Of a DNA stretch of 64,000 nt, positions 40,501 to 51,400 are shown in pieces. Source of the stretch: Klebsormidium nitens. Taxonomy: Eukaryota > Plantae > Klebsormidiophyceae. The notes under the pieces were generated by a model, which had not been told where the DNA came from, ran no database searches, and saw nothing but the letters and a program-made list of their open reading frames with translations. Every line of letters begins with the position of its first letter. Position 1 is the first letter of the stretch. The stretch is taken from NCBI GenBank assembly GCA_000708835.1, contig DF236999.1, positions 212,627-276,626 on the forward strand. The letters run 5' to 3'. Position numbers and translations under genes: made by a program.

Positions 40501-40676
40501 GTGTAGCGGATGTAGCTGGGGACCGCAAAGGAAAGGGGAAGGTTGAAGAAGAGGCGCCGTTGGATAAGGGGCGGAATGGAGGGGGTGGGAAGTCGGCGTT
40601 GCAGGAGCTGCGGGAAGAGAACGAGTCTTTGCGAAGAGCTCTAGCAGCGGTAGGCGAGAAACAGAGCCGGAGATGA
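37530..40676 (+). CDS. NET (Networked)-like actin-membrane adaptor with N-terminal NAB/KIP1-like domain and C-terminal IRQ-like motif (about 689 aa)
   Basis: Exons 37530-37704, 38462-39714 and 40035-40676 (phases 1 and 0). NAB-like: LSKFLQADSA|AVQERVERIQELLGSETELTLAQRADLVYNRRPEILDLVSDLQQAYLILARRYDH, versus recalled KIP1 consensus KWL..NL.DM..KV..ML.LI...ADSFA.RAEMYY.KRPEL...VEE.YR.YR.LAERYDH. IRQ-like: AQKREAIRYLTECVDVIRD, versus NET4 AEEKREAIRQLC.SLE.YR. Confidence 0.75.
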
Positions 40677-42082
40677 CCGCTTGAGAGGTAAGTATAAGGC
40701 CAGCCCACTCCAGAAGACCAGAAAACAGTCGCGGAGCAGTACGTTCGGGTTCATTGTAACTAAACGTTAGTTGCTTGGTAAAGGTACGGTTTGATGAGCC
40801 GGTGGAGGCATGGCAGCTCCACCTCCCTAGGAACCTGTGCAGTTTTGAGAGGGGCAAAGGTTTCGAGTCGGGTTGAGCTTGACATCCGTTTGTAGTATTC
40901 AGATAATTAGACGTTGATTTCAGAAGTGCCTTTGTAAGCCCTTGCTGTACAGCGATTCAGAGTGTCGAGTCAGCTTGTATTGGGTCGAGGTTGGTCTTAC
41001 ATACGTTCTACAATGAAGTGCATTTTCGGAGTTGCTATTGTCTGCGGACGTTTGGATCTCGTAATGGGTAGCTCACAGACAGGCTTTTGTCCTAAGTAGA
41101 GAACTTGATCGGTCGTGCGTGAAAAGAATGGATTACGTCTTGAGTAGGTTGAATCTTGTCAGTTAAGTTCGGCAATGCAGAGTTAAAGAGGAGTCCGACC
41201 GCGCTTAGACTTGTTCAAACAATGGGGTGTCCTTCCAAGTCTCAGGAATCTGTTTTGCACCGCATAGTGTCTGCATGCATGCACCAATGATAATTGCAGT
41301 TCCGACATGCAATCGTGATTCACCACTGAGCGATTGTGATCAATCGTTGGTCGGGCATATGTTGACGGCTACTTCTTACACTTGATGGAATCATGTACGC
41401 ACGTGCGTGGTACCCAGTGAGGCCCGCGCGAGCAGTTTGATAAGTAATCATTCATTGCACAGTGCATGCAGCATACGACGTACGGTGTACCAATGATACC
41501 AAAAATATTATAAGACGGTTGAAGTTTTTGTATTAAGCAAAATTAAAACTCCCGTTTTAACATGAATGTCGAGCTGCAACGTCCAGGCTCGCGTGGAGGC
41601 CTACATACAAGTACCGGACCGTCTCTTGCTTTAAGTTGATAATCAAGCTGACGGTGCGAGTTTCTCTGCATTATGATGCACAGGCAAATGCGGCCCACAA
41701 CGACAAAACATTCGAAATTCGGGCCCGGAAAAAATAATGTGGCCGCATTTGCCTGTGCATCATAATGCTTCAATCGATACCCAGCCATGGCCATGCAGTC
41801 TAGATGTACGAGGAGTCGAAATTTTTCCCTTGGCGGTTGCGCGCTGGCAGTTCCTTGTGTTATGATTGACCGGGTGAAAGTGGAAACTCTTCCATACATG
41901 ATCGCCCCTCTTTATGATCGTCTCTATCAAACGGTTCTAGAGAATATGTTCGTTGGCCAGGAACCAACGTTTGACTGACAACGAACGACTCAACATATCT
42001 CCCACAACACGATGATCCCTGCAACTCGCAGCTCCAACCTGGGGGACTGCCGTTTGAGGAAGATCATACGTTTCTAAATCTC

Positions 42083-45000
42083 TCAGATTAGACTACCGGT
42101 GCGCCTGTGACCTTTGCTCGGCGACGCGGTACGCATTCCGGTGTTGCACCTTTCAACGATGTTGGCGACCAGCCGCCTTGACCTTTGCACGAAAAAGTCG
42201 CCACGCTTTTGCAGCTTAAGCTGCAAGTCGGGACTCTGTAGCACATACCTGAGAGGGCAGAATTCACGGTGGCGTTCGAGAAAGCATGTTTTCGAAGAGC
42301 CGAGTCCCGGGATCAGCACCCACAGAAGTTACCGTTCTGCACCAGAGAGCTCCCTAAAAGTTGAGCATACGTTGACATGTCAAGAAGGATGAAAGGAAAG
42401 CCCTCGGAGGCGGTTGACAATCTCCTCTCCAAATCTTGCAGCGGCGGGCCCGGCGCTCTGGAAATTCACTGGACTAGCCCAAAAACCCGCAGTAATATCG
42501 TTGCAGCAGAGTGTAGATCGTCCTTAAAGACCATCCCGCCAAAAAACTAAGTAGCAACAAGCGCAGAGGACCCATCCTGTCTACTGTAGTCTGCCCTTTC
42601 TTTTCCCAGCAGATTTCCAAGAAGAAGACAGACGATGGATCTGGTCGCGATACGGCCCGCCGGTTCTCACCGCATCTCCTCCTCGAACTCCTCCCCGACG
42701 TGCGCGCACCCCCCCGGCACCCCGGGCAGCAGCAGCGTCACGGTGTGCGCGAGCTTGAAGACGCGCAGCCCGTCCAGCGCGGCCGCGGGCGCCAGGAGCA
42801 GCTTGATCAGCCGCCGGAAGAGGGCGCTCAACCTGCGCGAGAAACAGACGGCGGTTCGCGCGAGAAAAGTGTGGAACTTGCTTGGTGCAGCCCTTGGCGG
42901 GCTACAGCGACGATACGAAACGGGCGGAACAGCGAGCTTGCCGCGTTGCCGGACGAATGTAAGTTTCACAAGCTCTGCTTTGACAGGCTAGAAACGAGAA
43001 TGCGAAGGATTAGAGTCTGTTGCACTTTATCTCTCGCAAACAACTGGCACGGTTCAGAATCCCAAAGAAAAGTTGCCCTTCAATTTCTGACTCTCTAAGA
43101 CGAAGTTCGTACGGGCGAGCGAGTCGTTACAGTCGATGCCAAGAGGATCCTTCGATTGCAGTCCATCCAACGACGGCCCATATAATCACCCTCAATCGTG
43201 CACATTCGCGCGCTCCAGCAAATCAAGCTCGCGCAATCTAGTTTCGACCAATCTGCCCCACCTCTTCCGCAGCGCAGGCTCGGGCGCTTTCCTGAGCGCC
43301 CACAGGACGAAGTCCGGTTCCGGCGCGGCCCCCGCCAGGAACGCGTGCTGGCCCAGGCTGTCGGCCTCGAACAGCAGCGCGGCCGCGAGGTCAACCGCGG
43401 CCGCCTCTTGCAACGCGCCCCGCGTGACCGCCTGCCAGGGTTTGGGGTTTTCGATTCAATTAAGGCGGTGGAAAGTGGGGTGTTGAGGGGTCTCGCTTCG
43501 AACTTGCAAAAGCAAGTTCGAGCGTTGGGGACGCAAGTTGGAATGGACAGCGTAATGCAAATGCGCCGAGCCAATGCAGAAAGGAGTCTGGCGTCCAGAC
43601 CTGAAAGGTCTCGTCAGCAGCGACTGGACGAAAGAACTGATAGACCTCCCCGGGCCACGAGAAAGGGAAGCAGCGCAAGTCTGGCGAGAGGACTGCGCGG
43701 TTCGATTCGATGTAGGCCCGACGGGAAGACAAACCCGCTTTGTCCGCTTCTATCAAGAAACCTGATCATGCATTTCGTGGTCAAGGGCGCACCTGTTGCT
43801 TTGGGCTGCCGTGGGATGCGATCGGAGCCGTTGACGGGTCCAGCCGCTCGAGAAGGAAGACGTCGACCAGGAAGGTGTCCAACGAGTGCGGGCTGTAACG
43901 ACGACACGCAAAACTTGGTACAAGTCTTCAAGGAGGACCCCACAAAAGGCCAACAATGCAAAAGAGGTTTGTCTGCAAGGCGTTCTGCGCAAGCAACCTA
44001 ACATCCTTGCACGTGCGCTTTGGTGCTTTGTGAAACTGTGAGGCGATGCGGCAGGGATGTACGCGCCAGCGGCTGCTAATGACTCCACCTTTCTGACGGC
44101 TTAACCGTCGAGCAAGCCACGCAACAGATAGGCCTGAAGCTTACTGTGACTTCATCCCCAAGATCACGCCAAACGGGCCTAACTACGTCTCAGCTTCAAG
44201 CACTTAGGGCGCAAATTGCGCACCGTAAACCACGACCAATAACCATAAGTGCCTACCTGGCGACGTTCATGAGGTTGAGCCGCGAGGGGATCCCCTCGCT
44301 GTTGCTCAGCACCCGCTGCACACAGTCCACAATCCGCAGCACGTTCCCGCCCGCGCGCGCTTGCCCCAGCCGCCGCAGCAGCCACTCCCATCGCAATACG
44401 ACAGCCGGGTCCGGTTCATAACTCCTCTCCACACTAGCTCTTTCGACCCGTCTGCGGTTGGCCCCCCGGGTGACGTCGTCCCGAGGAAGCGGCCCGCTTA
44501 TTCTCCTCCGGTCCTGCTGTGACGTCAGCATGACGTCGTCTTCCCGGAGTTGCGAGGGGTCTGTGGAAGCCCTCGGTCGAGTGGACGGTTTTGCGGTTGT
44601 CTGGCGGAAGCTTGAAGAGTGTGAGAGTTTGGGAGAAGGGGGAGGAGGCGCGATGTCGATGCGCTTGGTTGCTTGGGCCAGCCAGAGGCGAAAACTGCCG
44701 GCCAAGAATCTGAACAGGACGTCGCTCTGCAAAAGCCGCAAAAATGCGCCTCGATGAGTCTTTGCTGTCAAGCACTTTCGTTTTTCCCTTTCCCTGTTTA
44801 CGCAGAGGTTTGACTTCACGGCAAATCACGTCGAGGAACAGACTGGCAGTACAAGCAGACCCGAAGCTCCTGCAAACTGGACATTTGCGAGAGACTTTCA
44901 TCTTGCTGAGAATGACGGGTGCCGCATCGACGCAGCGGCGGGACACTCGGTCGAGAGTCCTCTTCCAAAGCGGGGAGAATGGGTGAAAGAAAAGGAATCG

Positions 45001-47524
45001 TCGTGGAGTTGGCGTTTGAAACCGTTTCGAGTTTCGCAAAGACGTCGAAAGTGCTGTCTCCAAGGCAGCCCCACCTCGAAGAAGAGCCGTTTCATGAGCG
45101 CGCTCGTTTCTGCTGCGACCGCCAACTCTTCCAGCGCGAGCATGGGGCCATCGTCCCAGCGGCTCGCCTTCGCCAGGATGCACTCCTGCAACGGAAACGG
45201 AACCAGCGAACGGAACAGAAAATGGAACACGGAACGGAGCGAGGGAACGGAGTGAACAAGGACCCAAAGAAAGAAGGGAACGAAACGGCAAAAGGAATGA
45301 GGGGAACGGAACGCAAACGGAAATTAACGGAACTGGTGGCGTGGGATTCAGACGGTCGAGCAGACCCTCTCGTAAGCAAAACGTTGTGGAGCGTTTCCTC
45401 CTTCCTTTCCTTTCAAGCCAGATCGGCACGAGTGCACGCAAGATTTAATCTGCTTCGCGTCGATTGCCAAAAGAGACCATCCGTTTCCAGTGTCGACTTG
45501 GATTCAGCTCGAGCCTCATCCATTGAAATACCTTGCCAGAAGACTGTTGTGCGTTGGTGTCTTGCTCACCTGCAGTTCTCGGAAGAGGCCCCGAGTGGAG
45601 GCCTGCCCTTCTTGCAGAGTCCGCGAGGGCTTGCCCAGCACGTGCCGAGGAGAGAGCGGCGCAGGAGCCAGCTCCGCCTCTGCTTGTTGCAACGCGACCT
45701 GCCGCTGCCACGGGTCAAACAGGAACCATCAGATTGTGCCACGTAGTACGTCCACACGCACACACCAGCATTTACACGAGCTGCGTGATGTAACGTGAGT
45801 TTTTGGGAGAATTTGTGATTGGAGCCATTGGTCTACCACTGCCGTTGTGTCTGCCTTGTTTCGTAGCTGAAAGAAGTTTTGTTGGATGCAAGCCGGAAAA
45901 CGTGTTGGTCAGCATCATGAGTGGGAAATGACACGAGACTCAACCAGAGTCAACTCTTGACCGAAGCAAGACTAAGGATGGCTGCCAAACCCATAAAAAT
46001 GTGTTTTGAAGTCGTCACGATCACAGAGAAGCATACAGCACTCTGCTGGGCAGAACGGCATATAGTGAACGTTGATGCTTGGAGTTCCTGAGGTTCTCCT
46101 GATTGAGACCGTTAAAACACGTGCTACAGTAGCTTCGAGCCCGTTGGAAATTTGCGCGGCCCTGCTGCCGCCGCATCTTAGCATCTCACCATGTGAAAGC
46201 CGATCCATGCGTGCCAAAGGTGGAAGTATAGCTTGGACTGCTTCTCCAGAGTCACCAAGGCTAGGTCTGCAGCAGGAGCCAGGTCAGGAAAGTTAGAAAG
46301 TCCAGTCTTGCTGAGGCTTGCTGACCCTTGTACGAAAACCAAATTCATACGAGCTGATAATGCAGTTGTAAAGAGGTTGGAAACATTCAAGTACGAAGTC
46401 ATCGTGTGGACTCTTCTCTTGGGCGATGATGCGCACGCGGTCTGGAAGGAGTCGGGCAGACAAGGAGTCGCTCTGGACAGCCTCGCGATTGCTTGTTTGG
46501 ACCAAGGGATGCATGCAGTTACTTCGTTTCCAAGGCAAGCACAGAGAAGCAATCGCAGACGTGTTGCCACCTCACTTTCCAAGCTTGGCGGCGATCGCCC
46601 CACCGGGCTATCCAGCTCCTGCCTCCCTTCCCTAGGGCCCAGATCTTTGCTTGAGTTAGATCGCGTAGATGCAAAAAAGCTGCTCCTACGCCTCTGAGTC
46701 TCTGGGCTGAGGTTTTGGGGGCTTGATTGCATATCTGTTGACTCCTTCCCATAGGCTATGCGCGTCCGGCGGCTGCACGCCTGGATGTTGACATCCGCCA
46801 GGTAGTCTGCACCGCCATTCTCCTGCTCAATCTCCTCAATTGCGCTGAACTGGATGGTTTGTACGCGAGGGGGAGAACCGGTGCGCTCCACAACAAAGAG
46901 TGTGTCGGATGTGACAACAAAGTAGCGGTAGTCTGGCAAAGAAGGTAGAAGACAATCAGGGGCATCATCACTGTAGTTTGGACCATATCATGAGGGTACT
47001 ATGATTTGCCAGACTTTGGCTTGAAGCCAATTCTAGGAAATGAGTTGCTGGAGTCAAGGCTGATGCTCGAAACATCCAGATGACCCTGCCATTCGAGAGT
47101 GAGTGACTCCGAAGTATTGCTTTGGCAAAGATGATGATGTGGTGTGAAGCAACTCGAAGCAGACCTTGTGACGTCAAGTGCATATGAGCTTCATATGCTA
47201 GTGGTGCTATATGCTAGTGGTGCTATATGCTAGTGGTGCTGTATGCTAGTGGCGCTTTGAGCAGCCTCCATCTCGATCTGCTGTCCAAGTGTGAGCCCTG
47301 AGTTTTCAGTTGTGTCCATGTCTGTTGGTATGGCAGCATTCACGTTATGTAGACTTACCTTGTGGCCTGCCATTGTTCTCCACGAGTGCAATCTCACAGT
47401 GCCGAATCTGAGCATGGGCTTCCCGGGGCAGCACACGCAACACCACATTGCCCTGGGCAACGACATACTTCTGGTGGCTGTGAGACTTCCCTCCATCTGG
47501 TATGAATTGGCTTTCATTTGCCAT
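42083..47524 (-). CDS. C12orf56/DUF4551-like uncharacterised protein, multi-exon
   Basis: Exon 47524-47359 (LRVLPREAHAQIRHCEIALV) splices in phase to an exon from 46932 (DYRYFVVTSDTLFVVERTGSPPR). Further coding blocks lie near 46450-46190 (LYFHLWHAW), 45700-45570, 45170-45050, 44420-44250, 43670-43560, 43410-43200, 42830-42670 (EEFEEEMR) and a last exon ending at 42083 (YVLQSPDLQ...). It resembles recalled human C12orf56 (LRRHLPPEVYDAVRAYEPCIV...KYVVLSDRLVYLTENPPK; EEFRYFI). Internal boundaries are only partly resolved. Confidence 0.55.
47193..47256. repeat. 16-bp minisatellite x4
   Basis: ATATGCTAGTGGTGCT x3 plus a variant GTATGCTAGTGGCGCT, in intron 1 of the C12orf56-like gene. Confidence 0.92.
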
Positions 47525-47900
47525 ATCAGAAAGCAAAGCTGACCGACCAGGCAAATTCTAACCCATGGTTTTCAAAAATTGGGCCCAACACGCATATAAA
47601 CTTAATGCTGAAAGCTTACATCACTGGCAGCATTCAGCAGTGACCTTGAAAAATGCTGTTTCCACGAAGGCCACCATGGATGCAAAGAGAACGTAATCTA
47701 GCTTCTAAGAAAAGCCTTGAAGCAGGCATTGCATGTCTCGGAGAAGAAGTGCCTAGAAAGAAAGGGGAGAGGGCAACAACGGGAAGGAACAGTAAGACTA
47801 CTTTAAAAGAGTTGGCAGAGCGTTGAACCCATTGAACGGTGATGACTTCACAAGTTTCTGTCACAATTTTCAAATGCATGATGCATGAGTGAGTGCTTTT

Positions 47901-47919
47901 TAGGGTTTGCCGAACCCTA
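47901..47919. promoter_or_regulatory. Inverted telo-box-like pair in a divergent promoter region
   Basis: TAGGGTTT (reverse AAACCCTA) followed by GAACCCTA, forming tagggtt-tgccg-aacccta, between the ATGs at 47524 and 48464. Confidence 0.3.
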
Positions 47920-48463
47920 TAATGGAGTCTCCTGGTTGGCGCTATCTTGCAACTGTGGCGTCGAGAGGTTCAAAATGCGCGCACAGCTCGCGAGAAAGCG
48001 AGTTTCAGGCGCCCGCACCTACGGGCTATAGGTAGCTGAGCGCTCTGCTTGCAAAGCACACTCAGCGAGTCTCAGCCACATTGTTGATCAGCATGGGCAT
48101 GCAGTGGCTTGACGCATACCAACATCGTGCTGGGTGAGGCAAAGAAGGGAAGCAAGAAGGACCATCGAGGTCTGATATCCCCGTTGATCAGTAGCAACCG
48201 AGGACTGTGCCTGGAGTCCGCTGTGTTGTCAGGTGCGCCGTACAATATGGAGGTCGATTGCTCCTTCTTTGTGATGCCCAAATGCACTTTGCCTGGAGGC
48301 AGCTGCTGCATTTGGTGCCCCATTTTGTTGCCCTTCAGCATTTGACGACCTATCTCTGGATTGAGTGTGACATCTTGCTGAAGGACAGATTTGCTTTGCA
48401 AATTGCAGAACACTTGACTGGGAAGCTGATCTTGGCTTGACAGCATTGCATGGCGTGTGCAGG

Positions 48464-51400
48464 ATGGCTGCTGCTAAGGATAGTGCAATTGCACAATTGC
48501 TGGCACTACAGGTGGGTATTTTCTGCAAGGGCTTCTAGCCTATCGTTCGTCGCTTACTGAAGAACTGTCCCCAAGGATGGTTTGCACTGCGACTCTGCTT
48601 CGATGCAAGTCTATCATGAGAGAAGGGGTCAGCCCACCCTTTTGCATACATGCCAGTTCCTGATGTGATGTTCCTACAGGCGGAGGTGAACGCTCTGGAA
48701 GCAGAGAAAGGCAAGCAGAAGCAAAAGGCTGAGCAGCTCCTATGGGACAAGAGCCAGCCGCTCTATGAGGTACGCTGTACACCACTCGACACCTTTTGGA
48801 CACATGAGTAACAGAAGTTCTCGTTCTTAATTCACGGAGTTGAGTGCCACATGTCAAATCATGGACTCTTTGGTGATTGGTCATCACCAGTATGTTTCGG
48901 TCTCTAAGAGAAAGGGTGTCAAGTGACTAGAATTGCGCTGAGTACTTCTTCCATTTGCTGCAGAGGCGCCGCCAGCTTGTCACTGGCGAGAAGGAACCGT
49001 CCAAGGAAGAACTGGGATTGTTTGAGGCAAAAGTGGACGATGAGTCGGGGGGACAGGCTTCCAGTACACGAGATGCCAAGGCTTCCAAGGGAGTGCCAAA
49101 CTTCTGGCTTAGGGTCTTGAAACATCAGGTATGCACAGCCAGTGCCAGTCTGTCCCTAAGTTTGTGTCATGTACACGAGACCAGGGCACTCCACCTTTTT
49201 CACAAGATGAAGTAGGACGAAAGGTGGCATGAAATCGTACTCATGTTCTGCTCCCGTCTCTTATTGTTTGATCATCCATGTCCGCACAGAAAAATTGCAA
49301 AGTGTCCTTCTCTTGATGAGGAACACCTCAGCATGTGCTGATGCGGTCCTCCGCACTTGCACAGGACACTATCGCGGAGCAGATCCGCAAAGCAGATGAA
49401 GCGGCACTGGCCTACTTGGAGGACGTTCGGATTAAGAAACCTAAGAGAGGGGCAGGGTGAGCAGCGCTTTCGTTTGACTACTCGTCACTCAAACGAATAT
49501 ATTCGACGCAGTGCAAATGTCCAGCATAGTGTTAGCCTGCAATGGTCAACTGCCTTCTTGGCACATGTGGCAATCTTTGTAACGGAGTAAAAGTGTCAGG
49601 TCTAGTATCAGCCTCTGATGATTGAAATATTTGGACGGAACACCTCGGGCAATAAGCAGGGTGCATGCGCAATCACAATCTCTGGAGTTTGACAGACTTG
49701 ACTGCGTACTGTCATCAAAAATTTGAAACTCCTGAAGTATTTGTTTGGGGGATACTTTGATGCAGGTTTCGGGTGGAGTTCGAGTTTGCGAACAACCCGT
49801 ATTTCCTGGACAAGGTCCTGTGGAAGGAGGTGTTGCTGGAGAGCGAAGACTTGCCCATCTCAACAGCCGTCCTGTCGGAGGCACCCCCCATCAAGTGGCG
49901 GAAGGACATGAATCTGACAGTGCGCCAGGTGGTGAAGAAAGCCAAGGTGAGGCGCCGCACATCAGGTTTTAGATGAGAGTCTGTGCACAAGATCGGGAAT
50001 GTTCACACAGCAAATCAAGCGGCCATACTCAATCTACGAGAGTGCAGAAGGTTACGAAGGATAACTTTGCCCGTTCATAAAGGTTGGGGTCAGCCTGATG
50101 TACATGAAGGTGAACTTGGAGTGATCTCTAAGTTCTCTAATGCCTGATCCCTCCAATGGTTAGAAACGTAATTGTTCCAATATGGAACGAATTCGTAAGA
50201 AGGTTGTGCTGGTGCCTGCAGTCTGGCAAGGGGAAGGGCAAGTCGAAGGAGAGCGCCACGACTCTCAAGACGAAGCCAACCCAGTCGTTCTTTAACTTCT
50301 TCGGAAGGGGCGCTTCCAAGGGCAAGAAGCAGACGGAAGCGGAGGAAGACGAAGATGAAGACGAGGATGAGGACGGCAGCGCAGCGGCAGCTGGCGATGT
50401 GCCGCTTGCGCATGCAGACGTGATCTTGGCCTTATGGAACGACGTGAGGGTTTTTCCTGCTCTTCTTGCTCTTCTGCTTTTGTTGCTTTGGCAGTTCCAG
50501 AGCTGGTGGAAACCATCCGCCTGTTTGCAGAACCTCTTTCTGCTTTTTTTCCGCTCTTTTGCACTTGTTGTTTTGCTGTACCAGAGCTGGCGGAACCCAT
50601 CCGCTTGTGTGGAGTGCTCGCATACTCTCTCCTAACTCAACAACTTTGATCAACTGAATCTGGTTTAATGACTTGCCGTAAATGTAAAATAGTCTCTCCT
50701 TTTGGTCTCAGAAAAGCTTCTGTCACATTGTCAGCTTTCCGGCGTCATCAGAAGTAAAGTTTTCGCTTTTGTTGCCGCCGATTGCCTGCGCCATCAGAAG
50801 TCTGTAATATGTTTGTTCGACGTCGATTCCAGAGGTCACGAACGATGTCTCTTGTCTGAACAGGTCGTGCCAAATGCGGTGGAGCTGTACATGAGCGAAG
50901 GTCTGTCCAGCCAGGGCATCGAGTCGGAGGGCGACGAGTACGAGATGGTGGGCGGCAGCGAGGCGGAAAGGGAGGGCCTGCCGCCTTCAGCACAACGAAG
51001 GCTCAGGTGGAGAAAGGCTCGATCTCTATCTCTTGCAGTAGAGCACGTTTCTAAAGCTGTTTGAAAAATGCGACGCTCTGGTGAACGGAGGCCGGACGGC
51101 TGTAGGGCGATTCTGAAGGGCGCTCTAACGGGGATGGGACTTTGCAGAATGCACCTTTCGGAGGATCAGGTGCGCCTAAAAACTGCAGAGGCGGAATTGG
51201 AGCATATGCCCACAGTTTGAAAGTGACAGATTCTCCAGTCAGTCCTCACCGTGCCTGTTTCTCTTATCTTCGCACTTCGCTTTCACAGCTAAACGTTCTA
51301 AGACCGTCGTCGTCACTTGTCATTACAGGGCCTTGCAGTTCCTCCACCAGCAACGAGTCGCCCTTAAGCAGGCGCGTGACAGATTGTCGAGTCACTCCTC

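Noticed and set aside
47193-47256. Short repeat array considered as CRISPR-like
   Set aside because: Contiguous 16-bp units with no spacers, in a eukaryotic intron; an ordinary minisatellite.
50497-50605. Imperfect direct repeat ccagagctgg(t/c)ggaa(a/c)ccatccgc in a NAP-gene intron
   Set aside because: Two short degenerate copies with no TSD or coding signal; treated as a minor intronic duplication.
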